Source: Azolla caroliniana (lineage: Eukaryota > Plantae > Polypodiophyta). From it: 64,000 nt of DNA. The translations under genes and the position numbers were made by a program. The notes beneath the pieces are model-generated. The model ran no database searches and was not told the origin of the DNA. It saw nothing but the letters and a program-made list of their open reading frames with translations. This document shows positions 49,501 through 62,161 of this stretch, piece by piece; positions within the stretch are counted from its first letter, which is position 1; every line of letters starts with the position of its first letter. The stretch spans positions 13,826,001 to 13,890,000 of the forward strand of contig JBHGNT010000014.1 of assembly GCA_043228905.1 (NCBI GenBank), given 5' to 3'.

Positions 49501-52170
49501 TGAACTAATTAGGGCTTAACTATTTAAAACCCAGATAAGTCATTGTAAAGAGAGAGAGAGAGAAAGAGGTTTTGGAGGGAATAAACAAGTCTACCTTTGA
49601 GCTTAACTGGGTGCAACTGTCTATGATTCTTATCTTTGAATCTTGCTAACAATGCATATCCATTCTTCTAATCATCTATATTGTTGTTTGCCTGGCATTA
49701 ACCTATAGGTCCTCATCTTCTACTGCATAACTATCTTATTTATCTCATCATTTTGTATCAGAGTGACCTTGTTGTCTAGCGGCAACAAATAGCAAGAGAG
49801 AAGCTATCCGGCTAAAAGGAAAAGAGTAGGCCAACAAAAATTTCTTTCCAGAAGATGGCATCACAATCCGACACAAGTGTGGAAATCTAGAAGTTCGACG
49901 GAAAGAACTTCGCTCTCTAGAAAGAAATGATGCAAGACATCTTAATCATACGGTGACAGGTAGAAGCCATCTGGCACAACACCCAACCAGCTTCAATGTC
50001 TGCAGAAGAATGGGAATTGATGGACGAAATAGCATCATCGACCATTCGGATGCACCTAACCGAGAACGTCTATTTTAGCATGGCAAAGGAAACAATGGCA
50101 TTCTCATTGTGGGAGAAGTTACAAGCCATATACGAGAAGAAATCCTCCTCGTCCAAACTCATAATGATCAGACAACACTTCAATATGATAATGAGAGAGT
50201 TGGATCTGACAACTTCCCTTATCAACACCTTCAGTCGGGTGTTTTTTGAACTCTCGTCCCAAGGGATTAACTTTGACAAAGAAGTTAAGGCCCTTGCCCT
50301 CCTTTCGAGCTTGCCGACAAGCTGGGAAGTCTTCTATATAACATTCACCAACAACTATCTAAATCTCAATTTGGACTAAACAATCGGACAAATCCTATCG
50401 GAAGACATCCGACGATGATAGATGAGTCTCACCATCAACGATTTGGTAGAATCTCACCAGTTGACTGAGCTAACTGGAAGAATCGACCGAAGTAATAGTT
50501 GGCCAAAGATGAGGGACAATTGACAATAATCGAAGTCAAGGAATAGTCAGCCAAATTCCTTCTTTGCAGTTTGCAGAAAGGTTGGCCACAACGTTTTCGA
50601 CTGTTGGTCAATAAAAAGAAAAAAGAATGATCTGTGATTCGATCAGACTCAAGGACAATCCGACTTGTACCATCCTCCGAGTGGCAACCAAGTCAATGTT
50701 GCTGAATCTCGGTCTAGAGAAGTCCTTTCCTTAGAAGACTCTTTGACTAGTGGAAGTCCTATATAGTGCTTAAGACACACGAACATGAATGTTGGACTCG
50801 ACCACTCCATTTCACGTGAACCCGACATTGAATGGTTTTCAGACTATTCGGTCAAAGTCAGTGGCACAGTCCGACTCAGTAACGAGCAAGAGTGTGTAAT
50901 CGAAGGGATCGAAGAAGTCCTAATTCAATTACCAAACGACAATTTGATCATCCTATACTAGCTAAGAAAGAGTCTTATCTCCATCGGCGTGCTAGCCAAA
51001 GTGGGGTATAGGACAACTCTGAGTGAGTCGTCATTGATGATTAGCCGAGGAAACATGAAAATCAGGTGTGGATGCAATTACAAAATCCTTTATCCGCTGA
51101 TGACAATCAATCCGAAGGGCATAGTGAATGGAATTGGCTTCGAACTTATGGCATGGCCAACTCGACCATATGTCCCAAGTCGGACTGCACCGGTTGATGG
51201 CGACCAGCTACATCCCAAAACTCCAGATGAAGACGGACTTCTACGAGCATTGTCACTATGGGAAACAAACCCAAACTGCACACTCTCTCAAATACAAGAC
51301 GATACAAAAGCACCTACAGCTAGCTAGTACACACCGACATCTACGGGCTGATGCCCGAAAGATTACTAGAAGGCTCCACATACTTCATCACATTCGTAGA
51401 TGATTGTACACGAAAAGTGTGGGCGTACTCGATTGAGCCCAAAGGTGAAGCGCTCAATGTTACGGGCATGACCATATAATATCCCGTGGTGAGAATTGTC
51501 GTAGTATTCTATACACGTGGATAAGTGTGAGGGTTAAACAAAGAGTCTAAAGAAGGGGAGGATTACTTTTAATCCTCGGGATTGAGACAACCCATGAGGC
51601 CAAGTGTGAACATGGCTGGGGGCCTTGAGAATTACTATAAATAAGAGGCCTAGCTACCCTCATTGGGGCATGCATTGACTACATCGAGACTCTGTCCGTG
51701 AGTGGAACGACTCTTGTAGCAAGCGCGCTATCGTCCAGGTACGACTCGACGCCAAGGCGGTGGTATGGGACGCCGATCGAGGCTCGAGTCCGTCTCGATC
51801 CCTTCGCTCGGGGGTGGTCGGGTGGATCGGCACCCTTCTTTCTCTCTTTTCTCTCTATTCTTTCTAGATCTATCATTGATATATCCTTATTTTATGCTTA
51901 CTTTAGTACCTAATCTCTAATATTTGGTATCAGAGCCTATGTACTAACGTTTCTTTTGGTTTTCTTTTTGTCTTCGCGTGGGATGGCGATTGATCGTTGT
52001 GCGGTCGCCTTCATGCAGACAAGGATTAGCGAAAGAACTTCGGTAAATTTTCCTTAATTTTTTATCTAATTTTTCTTCTCCCTTCTATACATGTGTATAC
52101 TTAATATGTAGTTTTTTTTTCATATATTCAATGATGTTGACGTGGTATTTAATTGGTTATCTTAAACGTT

Positions 52171-52435
52171 TACATATGTCCACGAGGTCAATACCTCGTT
52201 TGACATATAAATCATATGTGATGAGTGTCGTATGCGTACGAGGTTACTACCTCAATTGCGTATTACGTTCACGAACATATGTTACGTTCGCGTACGAGGT
52301 CAATACCTCGATTCGTTCGAAATGATATGCGTTGGATTTACTATGCGTAAGAGGTCAATACCTCAATTGCGAATTACGCTTAACCTTATTTTCGGATGTT
52401 TCGTGTGCGTAGAGGTATATGCCTCGATTACGTAT
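52171..52435 (+). repeat. Array of five GAGGT-N4-(A/G)CCTC hairpins, ~56-bp period, in the leader of B
   Basis: Cores start at 52184, 52240, 52296, 52351 and 52412. Confidence 0.85.
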
Positions 52436-53621
52436 CCCGAATACATCATTGTTGGCTATATAAAAAAAAACGATTCATTTAGTATACGCATATGTGGTCA
52501 CTTATATACGTCTCTGATCGTATATATGTGATATATTGACATATGTGTATATTTTAGATTACGTGATTCATATCAAATGTTTTCCTAATTGGGGAGAGGA
52601 TTTTGGTGGCCGTCCTCACATTTTTGTGAGAATGGCGTTGTCACCATCCCTTTTATCAACAATTTTTATTGTTGAAATTCCCGTTGGTCACTTTGATCTT
52701 TCGTTACGTAACGAACCTCGTATAGCCAAAATGATGTTGAATACGCCGGGCTTGATCCACATCAAGTAGGGTCGCTCTAATGACACACGTATCCAACATC
52801 TCCCCTCGTTACATGGATACGATGCCACCATGAGCTCGTTCTTACGAGCGCCATTCGTAATGACGTGACCATGTGATGGGCCACATGAGCCTACGAAGAC
52901 ACAAGGGCTCATTCGGCTTGACCATTAGGTTACACTTTGGCATAGGCCATTGTACTTACGAGGCTTGAGGGTAGGTAGCGTACAACCATAGTGGGTAATA
53001 AATGAGGGAGAAATAAGGCCACTTGACCTATATGTTTCTTTTAAAAAAAACATATAGGGGCAAATGCCTCGCATATCTCGAATACGCCTCAAACATTAAA
53101 CATTCAAGACGCGCAATCTACTTGGTTGGCTCAAGTGTTTAATGTATTTGTCCTCGAGGTCTCCAGTTCAAATATGACCAACACCATACAACATCGTTGA
53201 TACATATGACTATAATACATGTTTAGACTTTAGGTCTAAGTGCACTTCGGGGTCCTCGTAATAGGACTTAAAGAGCCGAAACCACATATGTGGGCACAGA
53301 AACATAGTTATTGTTAACATTTTTTTCGTGTATAAACTATTCATGACGCGAACATACATGGTTGAGCCTCGGGGAGCCGCCATGAAAAAAATCGATATAG
53401 AGATCAGGGAAAGGCATTCATTTGTCACCCCCATGGTTTTTAAAACACCTCTGTGTTACCATAGTAACCTGATCTTGAACCTCATCTCATACGTCTAGAG
53501 GGGTATTGACGTGAGATCATGATATCGATTAATGTTTGCCCATGATATGTTTACACCACGACAAGATGTTATGACTATTTGTCTGACCTTATCTTATTTC
53601 TTTGCCAGAAATAATCATTCA

Positions 53622-56600
53622 ATGGCTCAGAATAACGACCCGATGCCCTCCGCTCAAGCGGAAAGACCTCAAGGAAATCCTCCTGGGACAATGTCCATTG
53701 AGGCGTATATTTTACAAGTACAACATTTCCTTAGTTCAACCGCGCAGCAGTTGACCGAATTTCGGCAATCTCAAAGTGCTCTCGAGGCACGAGTCATTAG
53801 TCTCCAAAATGAGATTAATAGACCTGATGAGCGTCAGGGTGAACCATCATTTGTCGTAAAGCCATTTACGGGAGATAAAAAGGAAAGAACCGAAGAAGCA
53901 ATCTGCACGTGGCTGGGCCGATGGGAGTCTCATTTTGAGCTCTATCCCACGCCAGATAGTACGAAGATTGCATATGTCGGCCGAGAACTAGGGGGTAAGG
54001 CCGCCGCTTGGTGGCGTGGGCTCCGAACTTTGGGGAGATTGCCCGAGACCTGGACAGACTTTGTCACAGTTTTCAAGGGTCAATTTCTACAACCTCCCTC
54101 TCGAACCGAGGCAGCACAAGCTTTAATGAACCTCTCTAGCAGGAAGTTTTCCTCGCTAGAAGATTATGTCCACCATGCTAGAACCCAAATCCAAAAATCG
54201 GGTCTAGAAGGGGACAATTGGTTAATAGCTTGTTTTGTCAATGGCATCCCCAATTCGGACTATCACTGGATAGTGCACGATAAGGATCCAAAATCCTTCG
54301 AAGAGGCCGTTGAGATAGTTCTTCGCTATCAACGCACTTCGAAGAAGCACCATAACAAACCCAACGAAGCGCCCGGGACTAAGCAGTCGCAATTCGTTGG
54401 GAAACGCAAGACACCCAACGAATTCATGGATCACGATTATAAGCGACAACATCCTTTTTGCGTATTCTGCAAAAAGAAGGGTCATACAAAAGAGCAATGT
54501 CGTAAGCTCCAACGAAAAGAGCACGACGCCAAACCTAAAGCTACAGATCATAAAGGTCAGATTCCTAATGTCCTTCAGGTCTATACACATCATTTGAGTA
54601 ATTGTCAATGTTCTTTCCCTCATTATGTATTGGGTCCCAATGATTTACTACGTGCAAACGGGTATATCAATGGATCTCCCGTACAATTTTTATTTGATTC
54701 GGGAAGCTCACACAATTTTGTGAATGATCGTTTGGTACAGATATGGGGAATCCAACCCACCGTAAGTGATCACACCTACACGGTGCACTTGGCTGATGGA
54801 AGAGTACAACACATCAACGGGGCGATTCATTCTTTAGGAATTTCTATTGATACCTATATAGAGGAAGTAGACTTCCATGTAATGAATCTTAGTACCACCG
54901 ATGTAATACTGGGTTATCCCTGGTTTTATAATAAAAGCTCTTCTTTATTTATTGATTGGGTTCGCCATTCCATTTCTTTTGTACCCAACGATTGTACGCA
55001 TTTTATTCAATGTGTAACAAAACAATCCCTCTCGATTGTTTCCTCGTGTCCATCAATATCCGAGTTGTCTTGTTCTACGTTATTTTATTGTGTACTTGAT
55101 CCGGACATTCACGTTTACAATATCGATAATGTCTCGGGTCAATTAACATATTTTGAACAAAAACAACTTGATGAAATCGTAAACGATTTTTGTGATGTTT
55201 TTCCGAGTGAACTACCCGATGGTTTACCTCCTAAACGTAATATAGACCATCGTATAGATATTGTACCTGGCATTGCACCCATTAGTATACCTCCGTATCG
55301 CCTAAGTCGATCTGAAGAGGATGAGGTAGCTAAGCAACTTAAGGACTATTTACGAATGGGTTATATACGTTATAGTAAATCTCCATGGGGTGCACCAGTT
55401 CTCTTGGTTAAAAAGAAAGAGGGCACATGGCGTATGTGTATTAATTACCGACGCTTGAATAAAGTGACGATCAAGAATTCGTACCCATTGCCCCGGGCTG
55501 ACGATCTAATTGACCGTCTCCAGGGAGCTCGGTATTTTACGAAACTTGATCTCCGTACTGGCTACCATCAAATACGAATAAGTGAGGACGATGTTCCTAA
55601 AACAGCATTTCGTACGCGCTACGGCCATTATGAGTTTTTGGTTATGCCTTTTGGTTTGACCAATGCTCCGGCTACATTTCAACAAGAAATGAATGACATT
55701 TTCCGAGAACAACTTGGAAAATTTGTCGTTATCTTCTTAGATGATATTTTAGTTTATAGCCGTACATTACAAGAACATGCTAGACATGTCCGCTTTGTTT
55801 TACAAATATTGCGTGACAAACAATTTTACGCGAAGATCTCAAAATGTGAGTTCTTCAAGAAATCAATTACTTATCTTGGACATCTCATAACCGAACGAGG
55901 AGTTGAAATTGATCCTTCTCGCATCGAGAAAATCAAGCTTTGGCCCACTCTTCGGAATATTCGAGAAGTTCGATCATTCCTTGGTTTTGTCGGATTTTTG
56001 CGAAAATCTCTTCGTAATTACTCACAATTGACGACGCCGTTTACTGATCTTCTAAAAGGTCAAACGCGTAAGTCTACAAAACCTATTGTGTGGAATGCTA
56101 CACTAGACCTCGCCTTTAAGGAACTCAAGGACTTGGTATGCAAGGCTCCTTCACTTCTTTTACCCGATCCTTCAAAACCTTTTGAGGTTGAAACCGACGC
56201 AAGCGATTATGCTATAGGTGCTGTCTTGTATCAAGATGGTAAACCAATAGCATTCGAGAGTAAGAAACTTGATTCTGCTCAATGTCTGTATACCGTTCAA
56301 GAAAAGGAATTATTTGCGGTTATACATGCGCTCAAAACATGGCGCCATTATCTTTATGGAAATCGCTTTGTGGTAACTACGGACCACGAGTCCTTGAAAT
56401 ATTTTTGTGACCAACAAGACCTGAAAGGTCGTAAGGCACGATGGGCTGATCTCATCCAGGACTTTGATTTTTCCATACGATATCGTAAAGGTTCCATGAA
56501 TACTGTCGCTGATGCACTAAGTCGCATCCGTGAAGTTAACATGCTTAGCTTCACTGAAATAACATCAGATCTTTATGATCACCTTCGAGGAAAGTATCCT

Positions 56601-58055
56601 GATGACAATTATTTTGCAAAATACTGGGCAAGAGTCGAGTCTGGAACAGACACCACCACACCCTCGAAGGAATACTTCCACCTTGCTAACGGTCTGCTCT
56701 ACCGTAATGGGAAGGTTTGTGTTCCAGATTTACCTGAGGTCAAAAAGAGAATTCTTTTTGAATGCCATGATGCACCCTCAGCAGGGCACCCTGGAATACA
56801 TCGTACACTCGTTCTCATCTCCACTCAATTTTATTGGCCTAAGATGTGTCCTGACATACATAGCTATGTGACTAAATGTCACCAATGTCAGGTTAACAAA
56901 GCCGAGCGACTTAAAGCCGCAGGACTTTTACATCCCTTGGACATTCCCAATAATAAGTGGGAAAGTATATCCATGGATTTTATTGTTAGCCTTCCTCGCA
57001 CCCAAAAAGGTCATGATGCCATATGGGTTGTGGTTGACAGACTAACTAAAATGGCCAGATTTATTGCTACTAAAACCACGGTAACAGCTCCTGAATTGGC
57101 TTACCAATTCGTCGATGAGTTATTTCGTTTTTACGGGTTACCGATGGATATCGTGAGTGACCGAGATCCGAAGTTTACTAGTGACTTCTGGACGCAAGTC
57201 TTTAAGAAGTTAGAAACTACGTTGAGCATGAGCTCCACGGATCATCCTCAATCCGATGGACAGACAGAACGAGTAAATCAAATTATTGAGGACATGCTTC
57301 GAGCATACGTTGGTGCAAAACCAACAAAATGGGAACGTTACCTCCCAATTTTGGAGTTTGCTTATAACAGCTCCAAGCATACGTCGACGGGATATAGTCC
57401 TTTTATGTTGATGTATGGATTTCAGCCACGAGCCCCGATTGATGTTAATATACATCATGATGAGTTGCGAAGTACGCAAAACTTTCTTCGGGATATGCAA
57501 GATATGTTGCATATTGCACGGGATAATATAAAAACAGCTCAAGATAGAGCGCGTTTTTATGCCGATCATCACAGGCAACCTCGTGTATTCAGCCCTGGAC
57601 AGAAGGTATTTTTACGTGTACCTCACAATTCTAAGACATTGTCTACGGGTAAGTGCGCTAAGTTAGCCCCACGGTTTTGTGGACCTTTTACAGTCCTCAA
57701 ACGCATTGGATCATCAGCCTATCGTCTCGCTCTTCCCGATGGTGTTGGAATCCATCCAGTCTTTCATGTAAGTCGTCTAAAAGAACTTCTAGGTTCTGGC
57801 GACAATACAGTTACAACTGAAACTCTGGTTACTTCTGAAGATTTATCTTCTAAACCACATGTACCAGAAAGAATTCTCGATGTTAAAACAAAAAAATTAC
57901 GTGCTAAGGAAATCCGAGAATTTAAAATAAAATGGATGGATAAATCAATCAAAGATGCCACATGGGAACGCGAAACGACTCTAAGAACTAACTTCCCTAA
58001 CTTTCCATTGCAAGAGTGCAATGTTTTAAAGAGGGGGAGTATGTTACGGGCATGA
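53622..58055 (+). CDS. Intact gag-pol polyprotein (gag, PR, RT, RNase H, integrase, chromodomain)
   Basis: Uninterrupted ORF (open from 53532; the ATG matching copy A is 53622). Catalytic motifs DSG, FLDD, TDASD and D-D-E are present. Chromodomain PERILD...IKW...ATWE. The stop codon lies inside the 3' LTR. Confidence 0.95.
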   Translation: MAQNNDPMPSAQAERPQGNPPGTMSIEAYILQVQHFLSSTAQQLTEFRQSQSALEARVISLQNEINRPDERQGEPSFVVKPFTGDKKERTEEAICTWLGRWESHFELYPTPDSTKIAYVGRELGGKAAAWWRGLRTLGRLPETWTDFVTVFKGQFLQPPSRTEAAQALMNLSSRKFSSLEDYVHHARTQIQKSGLEGDNWLIACFVNGIPNSDYHWIVHDKDPKSFEEAVEIVLRYQRTSKKHHNKPNEAPGTKQSQFVGKRKTPNEFMDHDYKRQHPFCVFCKKKGHTKEQCRKLQRKEHDAKPKATDHKGQIPNVLQVYTHHLSNCQCSFPHYVLGPNDLLRANGYINGSPVQFLFDSGSSHNFVNDRLVQIWGIQPTVSDHTYTVHLADGRVQHINGAIHSLGISIDTYIEEVDFHVMNLSTTDVILGYPWFYNKSSSLFIDWVRHSISFVPNDCTHFIQCVTKQSLSIVSSCPSISELSCSTLFYCVLDPDIHVYNIDNVSGQLTYFEQKQLDEIVNDFCDVFPSELPDGLPPKRNIDHRIDIVPGIAPISIPPYRLSRSEEDEVAKQLKDYLRMGYIRYSKSPWGAPVLLVKKKEGTWRMCINYRRLNKVTIKNSYPLPRADDLIDRLQGARYFTKLDLRTGYHQIRISEDDVPKTAFRTRYGHYEFLVMPFGLTNAPATFQQEMNDIFREQLGKFVVIFLDDILVYSRTLQEHARHVRFVLQILRDKQFYAKISKCEFFKKSITYLGHLITERGVEIDPSRIEKIKLWPTLRNIREVRSFLGFVGFLRKSLRNYSQLTTPFTDLLKGQTRKSTKPIVWNATLDLAFKELKDLVCKAPSLLLPDPSKPFEVETDASDYAIGAVLYQDGKPIAFESKKLDSAQCLYTVQEKELFAVIHALKTWRHYLYGNRFVVTTDHESLKYFCDQQDLKGRKARWADLIQDFDFSIRYRKGSMNTVADALSRIREVNMLSFTEITSDLYDHLRGKYPDDNYFAKYWARVESGTDTTTPSKEYFHLANGLLYRNGKVCVPDLPEVKKRILFECHDAPSAGHPGIHRTLVLISTQFYWPKMCPDIHSYVTKCHQCQVNKAERLKAAGLLHPLDIPNNKWESISMDFIVSLPRTQKGHDAIWVVVDRLTKMARFIATKTTVTAPELAYQFVDELFRFYGLPMDIVSDRDPKFTSDFWTQVFKKLETTLSMSSTDHPQSDGQTERVNQIIEDMLRAYVGAKPTKWERYLPILEFAYNSSKHTSTGYSPFMLMYGFQPRAPIDVNIHHDELRSTQNFLRDMQDMLHIARDNIKTAQDRARFYADHHRQPRVFSPGQKVFLRVPHNSKTLSTGKCAKLAPRFCGPFTVLKRIGSSAYRLALPDGVGIHPVFHVSRLKELLGSGDNTVTTETLVTSEDLSSKPHVPERILDVKTKKLRAKEIREFKIKWMDKSIKDATWERETTLRTNFPNFPLQECNVLKRGSMLRA

Positions 58056-60347
58056 CCATATAATATCCCGTGGTGAGAATTGTCGTAGTATTCTATACAC
58101 GTGGATAAGTGTGAGGGTTAAACAAAGAGTCTAAAGAAGGGGAGGATTACTTTTAATCCTCGGGATTGAGACAACCCATGAGGCCAAGTGTGAACATGGC
58201 TGGGGGCCTTGAGAATTACTATAAATAAGAGGCCTAGCTACCCTCATTGGGGCATGCATTGACTACGTCGAGACTCTGTCCGTGAGTGGAACGACTCTTG
58301 TAGCAAGCGCGCTATCGTCCAGGTACGACTCGACGCCAAGGCGGTGGTATGGGACGCTGATCGAGGCTCGAGTCCGTCTCGATCCCAAGGTCTTATCTCG
58401 ATATCTAGCCGAAGTGGAGAACCATTCCGAACACCGAATGAAGATAATTTGGTTCGACAATGGAGGTGAATACACCTCCCAAGCCTTCAAACAGTACTTG
58501 TCCAACAAAGGGATCTGGCACCAGAAGACCATTCCATATACCCCCATGCAAAACATCCTGGCAGAATAGATGAACTACAATAGGATCTATACTTTTGGAT
58601 GCAAAGCCTATGTCTTCATACCAAGGGAGAAAAGGACCAAGTTAGGACCCCATTCCACAAAATGCATCTTTCTCGATTACGGAACTAATGGGGAATTCGG
58701 ATACAAGCTATGGGATCCGGAAAATCGGCATCTGATCGGGGGCAGTGATGTAGTCTTCAACGAAGACTCAATTCTCTTTGGCTGATCACAACCGAATATC
58801 GGCAAAAGAGTCACCTTCGATCTTCTCCAAGAAGAATCAGAAGTAGACATTCCAATTATTGAATCTAAGTCTACTATTCGGCAAATTGTCGAAGCCACAT
58901 CGACCAACAACCTGCCGAATTTGAATCAATAAAAAGTTCTACATCCGACTCCGAATCGGACACACGATTGACCAAAGACCAACTGCCCAAGATGTGGAAC
59001 AACTGATCCAAACCGGCTAAGGCATCAACACACCAGTCCATCACTCCCGAGGAAGATGATGATCCGACACATACGCATGACAATTTCCATAGTGGATCAC
59101 CTCAACGGACTCCTTATAACAATGGTTCCAATAATACCAATTGACCAAACGTGCTAATCGAAGAATCTAAACTAGCAAATTCAGCACCAAGGAGATCTAG
59201 ACAAGTCCAAAGGACAACAGAGTTTTATCAACCGGGCCTCAACTATGTCAATTACACGGATGCAGACGAACCAAGCTCCTACGAGGAATCTATAGATGCA
59301 CCAGACACTGACACATGGTTTGAAGCCACGTGATCTATGATGGACTCGATCAACGAAAATAACACATGGGAATTGGTTGAACTACTAGCCAGAAGGAAGT
59401 CGTTACCGATAAGTGGGTCTACCAATACAAGTATGTATCATGTTCGGAACAACCCAAGTAAAAAGCTTGGCTCGTCACCAAAGAGTTTAAGCAAGAACAC
59501 GAGGTCGACTACGACGAGATCTTCTCGCCGTTATTCAAGATGACCACAATCTGGCTCATACTAGGGTCATAGCAACGACAGACCTAGAGCTCGAACAACT
59601 CAATGTTAAGGTGTCCTTCATCCACAGAGATCTTGACGCAGACATTTACATGTCTCAACTGGTAGGCTTCACCGCAATGGGGGAGCAAGTTCACCTTGTT
59701 CGCAAGTTGAAGAAGAGCCTTTATGGCCTAAAGCAAGCACCGCCAATGTGGTCTATATGTCAATGACATGCTCATCGTCGGCAACAATTGAGTCGAAATC
59801 GGAAACATGAAATGAAACCTTCACGAGAAATTCACGATGAAGAAGCTTAGACAAGCCCGACACATATTAGGCATGCATATAGAGCAAAATCTCCCAATCC
59901 AACTACATCCGCAAGGTGCTGAGGCGATTCAACAATGAAGAACGCGAAGCTCGCACCAACTTCGCTTCCAACTTCATATCAACTATCAAGTAGAGACTCT
60001 CCTTCAACAGAAGAGGAGAGAGAGCTCACAAGCAAAATACCCTATGCATCGACCGTAGGAAATATTATGTAGGCAATGTTGGTGACCCGACCCGACCTTG
60101 CATATGCCGTAGGGCTCCTTAGCAAGTACATGTCCAATCCTAGATGGAAGCACTAGGAAGTTGTGAAGAACATCTTCAAATACCTATGAGGAACCGAAGA
60201 TGTGCACCTGACATTCGAATCGAACAGTCTAATGGAAGTCAAAGGCCACACGGATTCTTACTATGCCTACAATCCAGATAATCAGAAATCCACATCTAGC
60301 TACATATTCACATATGGTGATACAAGCCATATCCTATAGGTCGAAGC

Positions 60348-62161
60348 TGTTACAAATATCTTTCTCCTACGGGAGGAGCCGATTGTTCGGGCTGAAGAAA
60401 AGCCGACAGTCGAAGTCAAGGAATAACTGACTAGTTGGGCCAACGAAGAGCCAACAATCGAAGGGAAGAGAGAGTCGACAGTGTTGGATACATGATCCAA
60501 GTCGAAGACAAGACCGACTAGTCAAGTGTACTAGATAGCCGACATGGCAATCAGCTAGTTGGGCTGACTGGAAAATCAACATAGGAGTCGATTGTCGGCT
60601 GATGAACTGAGCAATAATGATAATAATAATAATGAAACCTATATTGGTATATAGCCCGTACTATGTATGACTATAAATACACCTAGGAAAAACATAGTGA
60701 TATAGTGTGTTGTGCAGAACATAACAAAGTGCTTCGGTACAGAAGAAAATAGAGAGTAAGAGAAAGAGAGATTAGAGAACGCGCGAGTGAGTGGCGGCAC
60801 TGTTCTGAGAAACTTTCCAAGAACCCTAATTTGGGTATTCTCTGAGTTATAGAGAGTTTGTAATCTTTTCTGTCTCCCTTGTATTCTTTATTCATATAGT
60901 GGAATATTTGTTCTTGTGGTTTTCCCCTGTTTAGGGTTTCCACGTAAATGTGTGTGTAATGTGCATTTTGCTGTTGTTTTCTATTTACCGTGTGAATATT
61001 TCAACCCATCTTTCTTGTCTACTTATGGTCCTAGCTCTAGAAACTAGCATCAGAGCTTGAGGTGCAGAAATGGGAGTTGTGAGCAGCTTCCTAGGCATGA
61101 TAATCCTAAACTCACATAACTACTCAGAGTGGAAGATCAAAATGGAAGATCTTCTCATTGTCAAAGATCTCTACGAGCCCATTGATAGAGAAGAAATACC
61201 CACACGGGTATTAGAGTCTGAATGGAAACTCCTAAACAGGAAGGCAGTGGCCACCATCAGACAATGCGTAGATGAGAGTGTCCTTCAACATGTGGCTAAT
61301 GACACAAATGCTTACGAGATGTGGTAGAAGTTGTCAGGGTTGTATGAGAGGAAAAATGCCCTCAACAAGACATATTTGATGAGAAAGATAGTAAGGCTGA
61401 AGTAGAAAGACAACAAAAGCATAGTGGTTCACATCAACACATTCATGGGGCTAGTAAACCAACTTGCGGCAGCCAAGTTCTGTTGGATAATAAGTCCCCC
61501 TGGATGGGAAGGGGAGCTCAAATCGAGGAGAAGAGGAGAACTTATTTCCATGGAGTCGATGAGTATTTCAGCCAAGGCTGAAATCGGAAATTCAAAAGAG
61601 AAAATCAGAATCGAATATGTAACCGATTCGAGAGACTATATTTGTAAATAGTCTAAATGTGCCCCATGTGGGCTATAATTGTAAATAGCCAGAAACTTGT
61701 ATACGTATATATACATCTAGGTCAATCATTATGTTAAGTAGTTGATCATTATTATATAGTTACAAAAGGTAGTTGCCTCTATAACAGAAAAGGAGAGAGA
61801 GAGAGAGTGTGTGTGTATGTAAGAGCGTGAGTAACTCTACAGCCGTTGATCTGACGAACGAGAACTCATAGGTCATTGCCTTGATATTCTCACGGTTGTA
61901 TTTCCTCTCGATCATAGTGATTCTGTTTCTCAGGATTTGTGGAACCCCATGGTCTTTCCCTTTCAGGTTTTCCACGCAAAAGATCTTGTGTCTCTACATC
62001 TTCTCATTTTCAGTCTTCTGTTCTTCGTTTTCTTGTCTGAGTACTATCTTACTCAATTTTCTACACCCGAATATATGAATGAGTATCGGTTGTGGCCGGT
62101 AACGATCCTACAAAGTAGTAAATCAACTTGAAGTAGCCAAGTTCCCCCTTGATGATGCTAT
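60348..62161 (+). mobile_element. Copia element M: 5' LTR (~60348-61041), degenerate PBS (61045-61056) and gag fragment
   Basis: TG start interrupting L. PBS TAGCATCAGAGC. Gag LNSHNYSEWKIKMEDLLIVKDLYEP is similar to N gag. Confidence 0.78.
61481..62112 (+). repeat. Copia LTR (family of 22301-22918) inside M gag
   Basis: TGTTGGATAATAAGTCCCCCTGGATGGGAAGG...GATCCTACA, sharing blocks with the other two copies. Confidence 0.8.

Larger units (their letters stand above)
51458..58386 (+). mobile_element. Young Ty3/gypsy chromovirus, copy B
   Basis: 5' LTR 51458-51922, Met PBS TGGTATCAGAGC at 51925-51936, intact ORF, PPT 58031-58039, truncated 3' LTR 58042-58386. I saw two mismatches between the LTRs over ~345 bp. 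Confidence 0.96.
49753..60347 (+). mobile_element. Old copia element L (host of B; cut at RNase H start by M)
   Basis: Degenerate PBS TTGTATCAGAG, gag (FDGKNF, LLSSLPTSWE), integrase split by B (VWAYSIEPKGEAL|KVLSRYL..DNGGEY), decayed RT (LKKSLYGLKQAP, TRPDLAYAV). Confidence 0.85.

Noticed and set aside
52171-52435. True CRISPR array
   Set aside because: The context is a eukaryotic retrotransposon with no cas genes. The repeats are imperfect and alternate units share flanks, which indicates tandem duplication.
53532-53621. 30-aa N-terminal extension of B gag
   Set aside because: In copy A the same upstream ATG is out of frame and stops at TAATG, so it is not a conserved coding extension.
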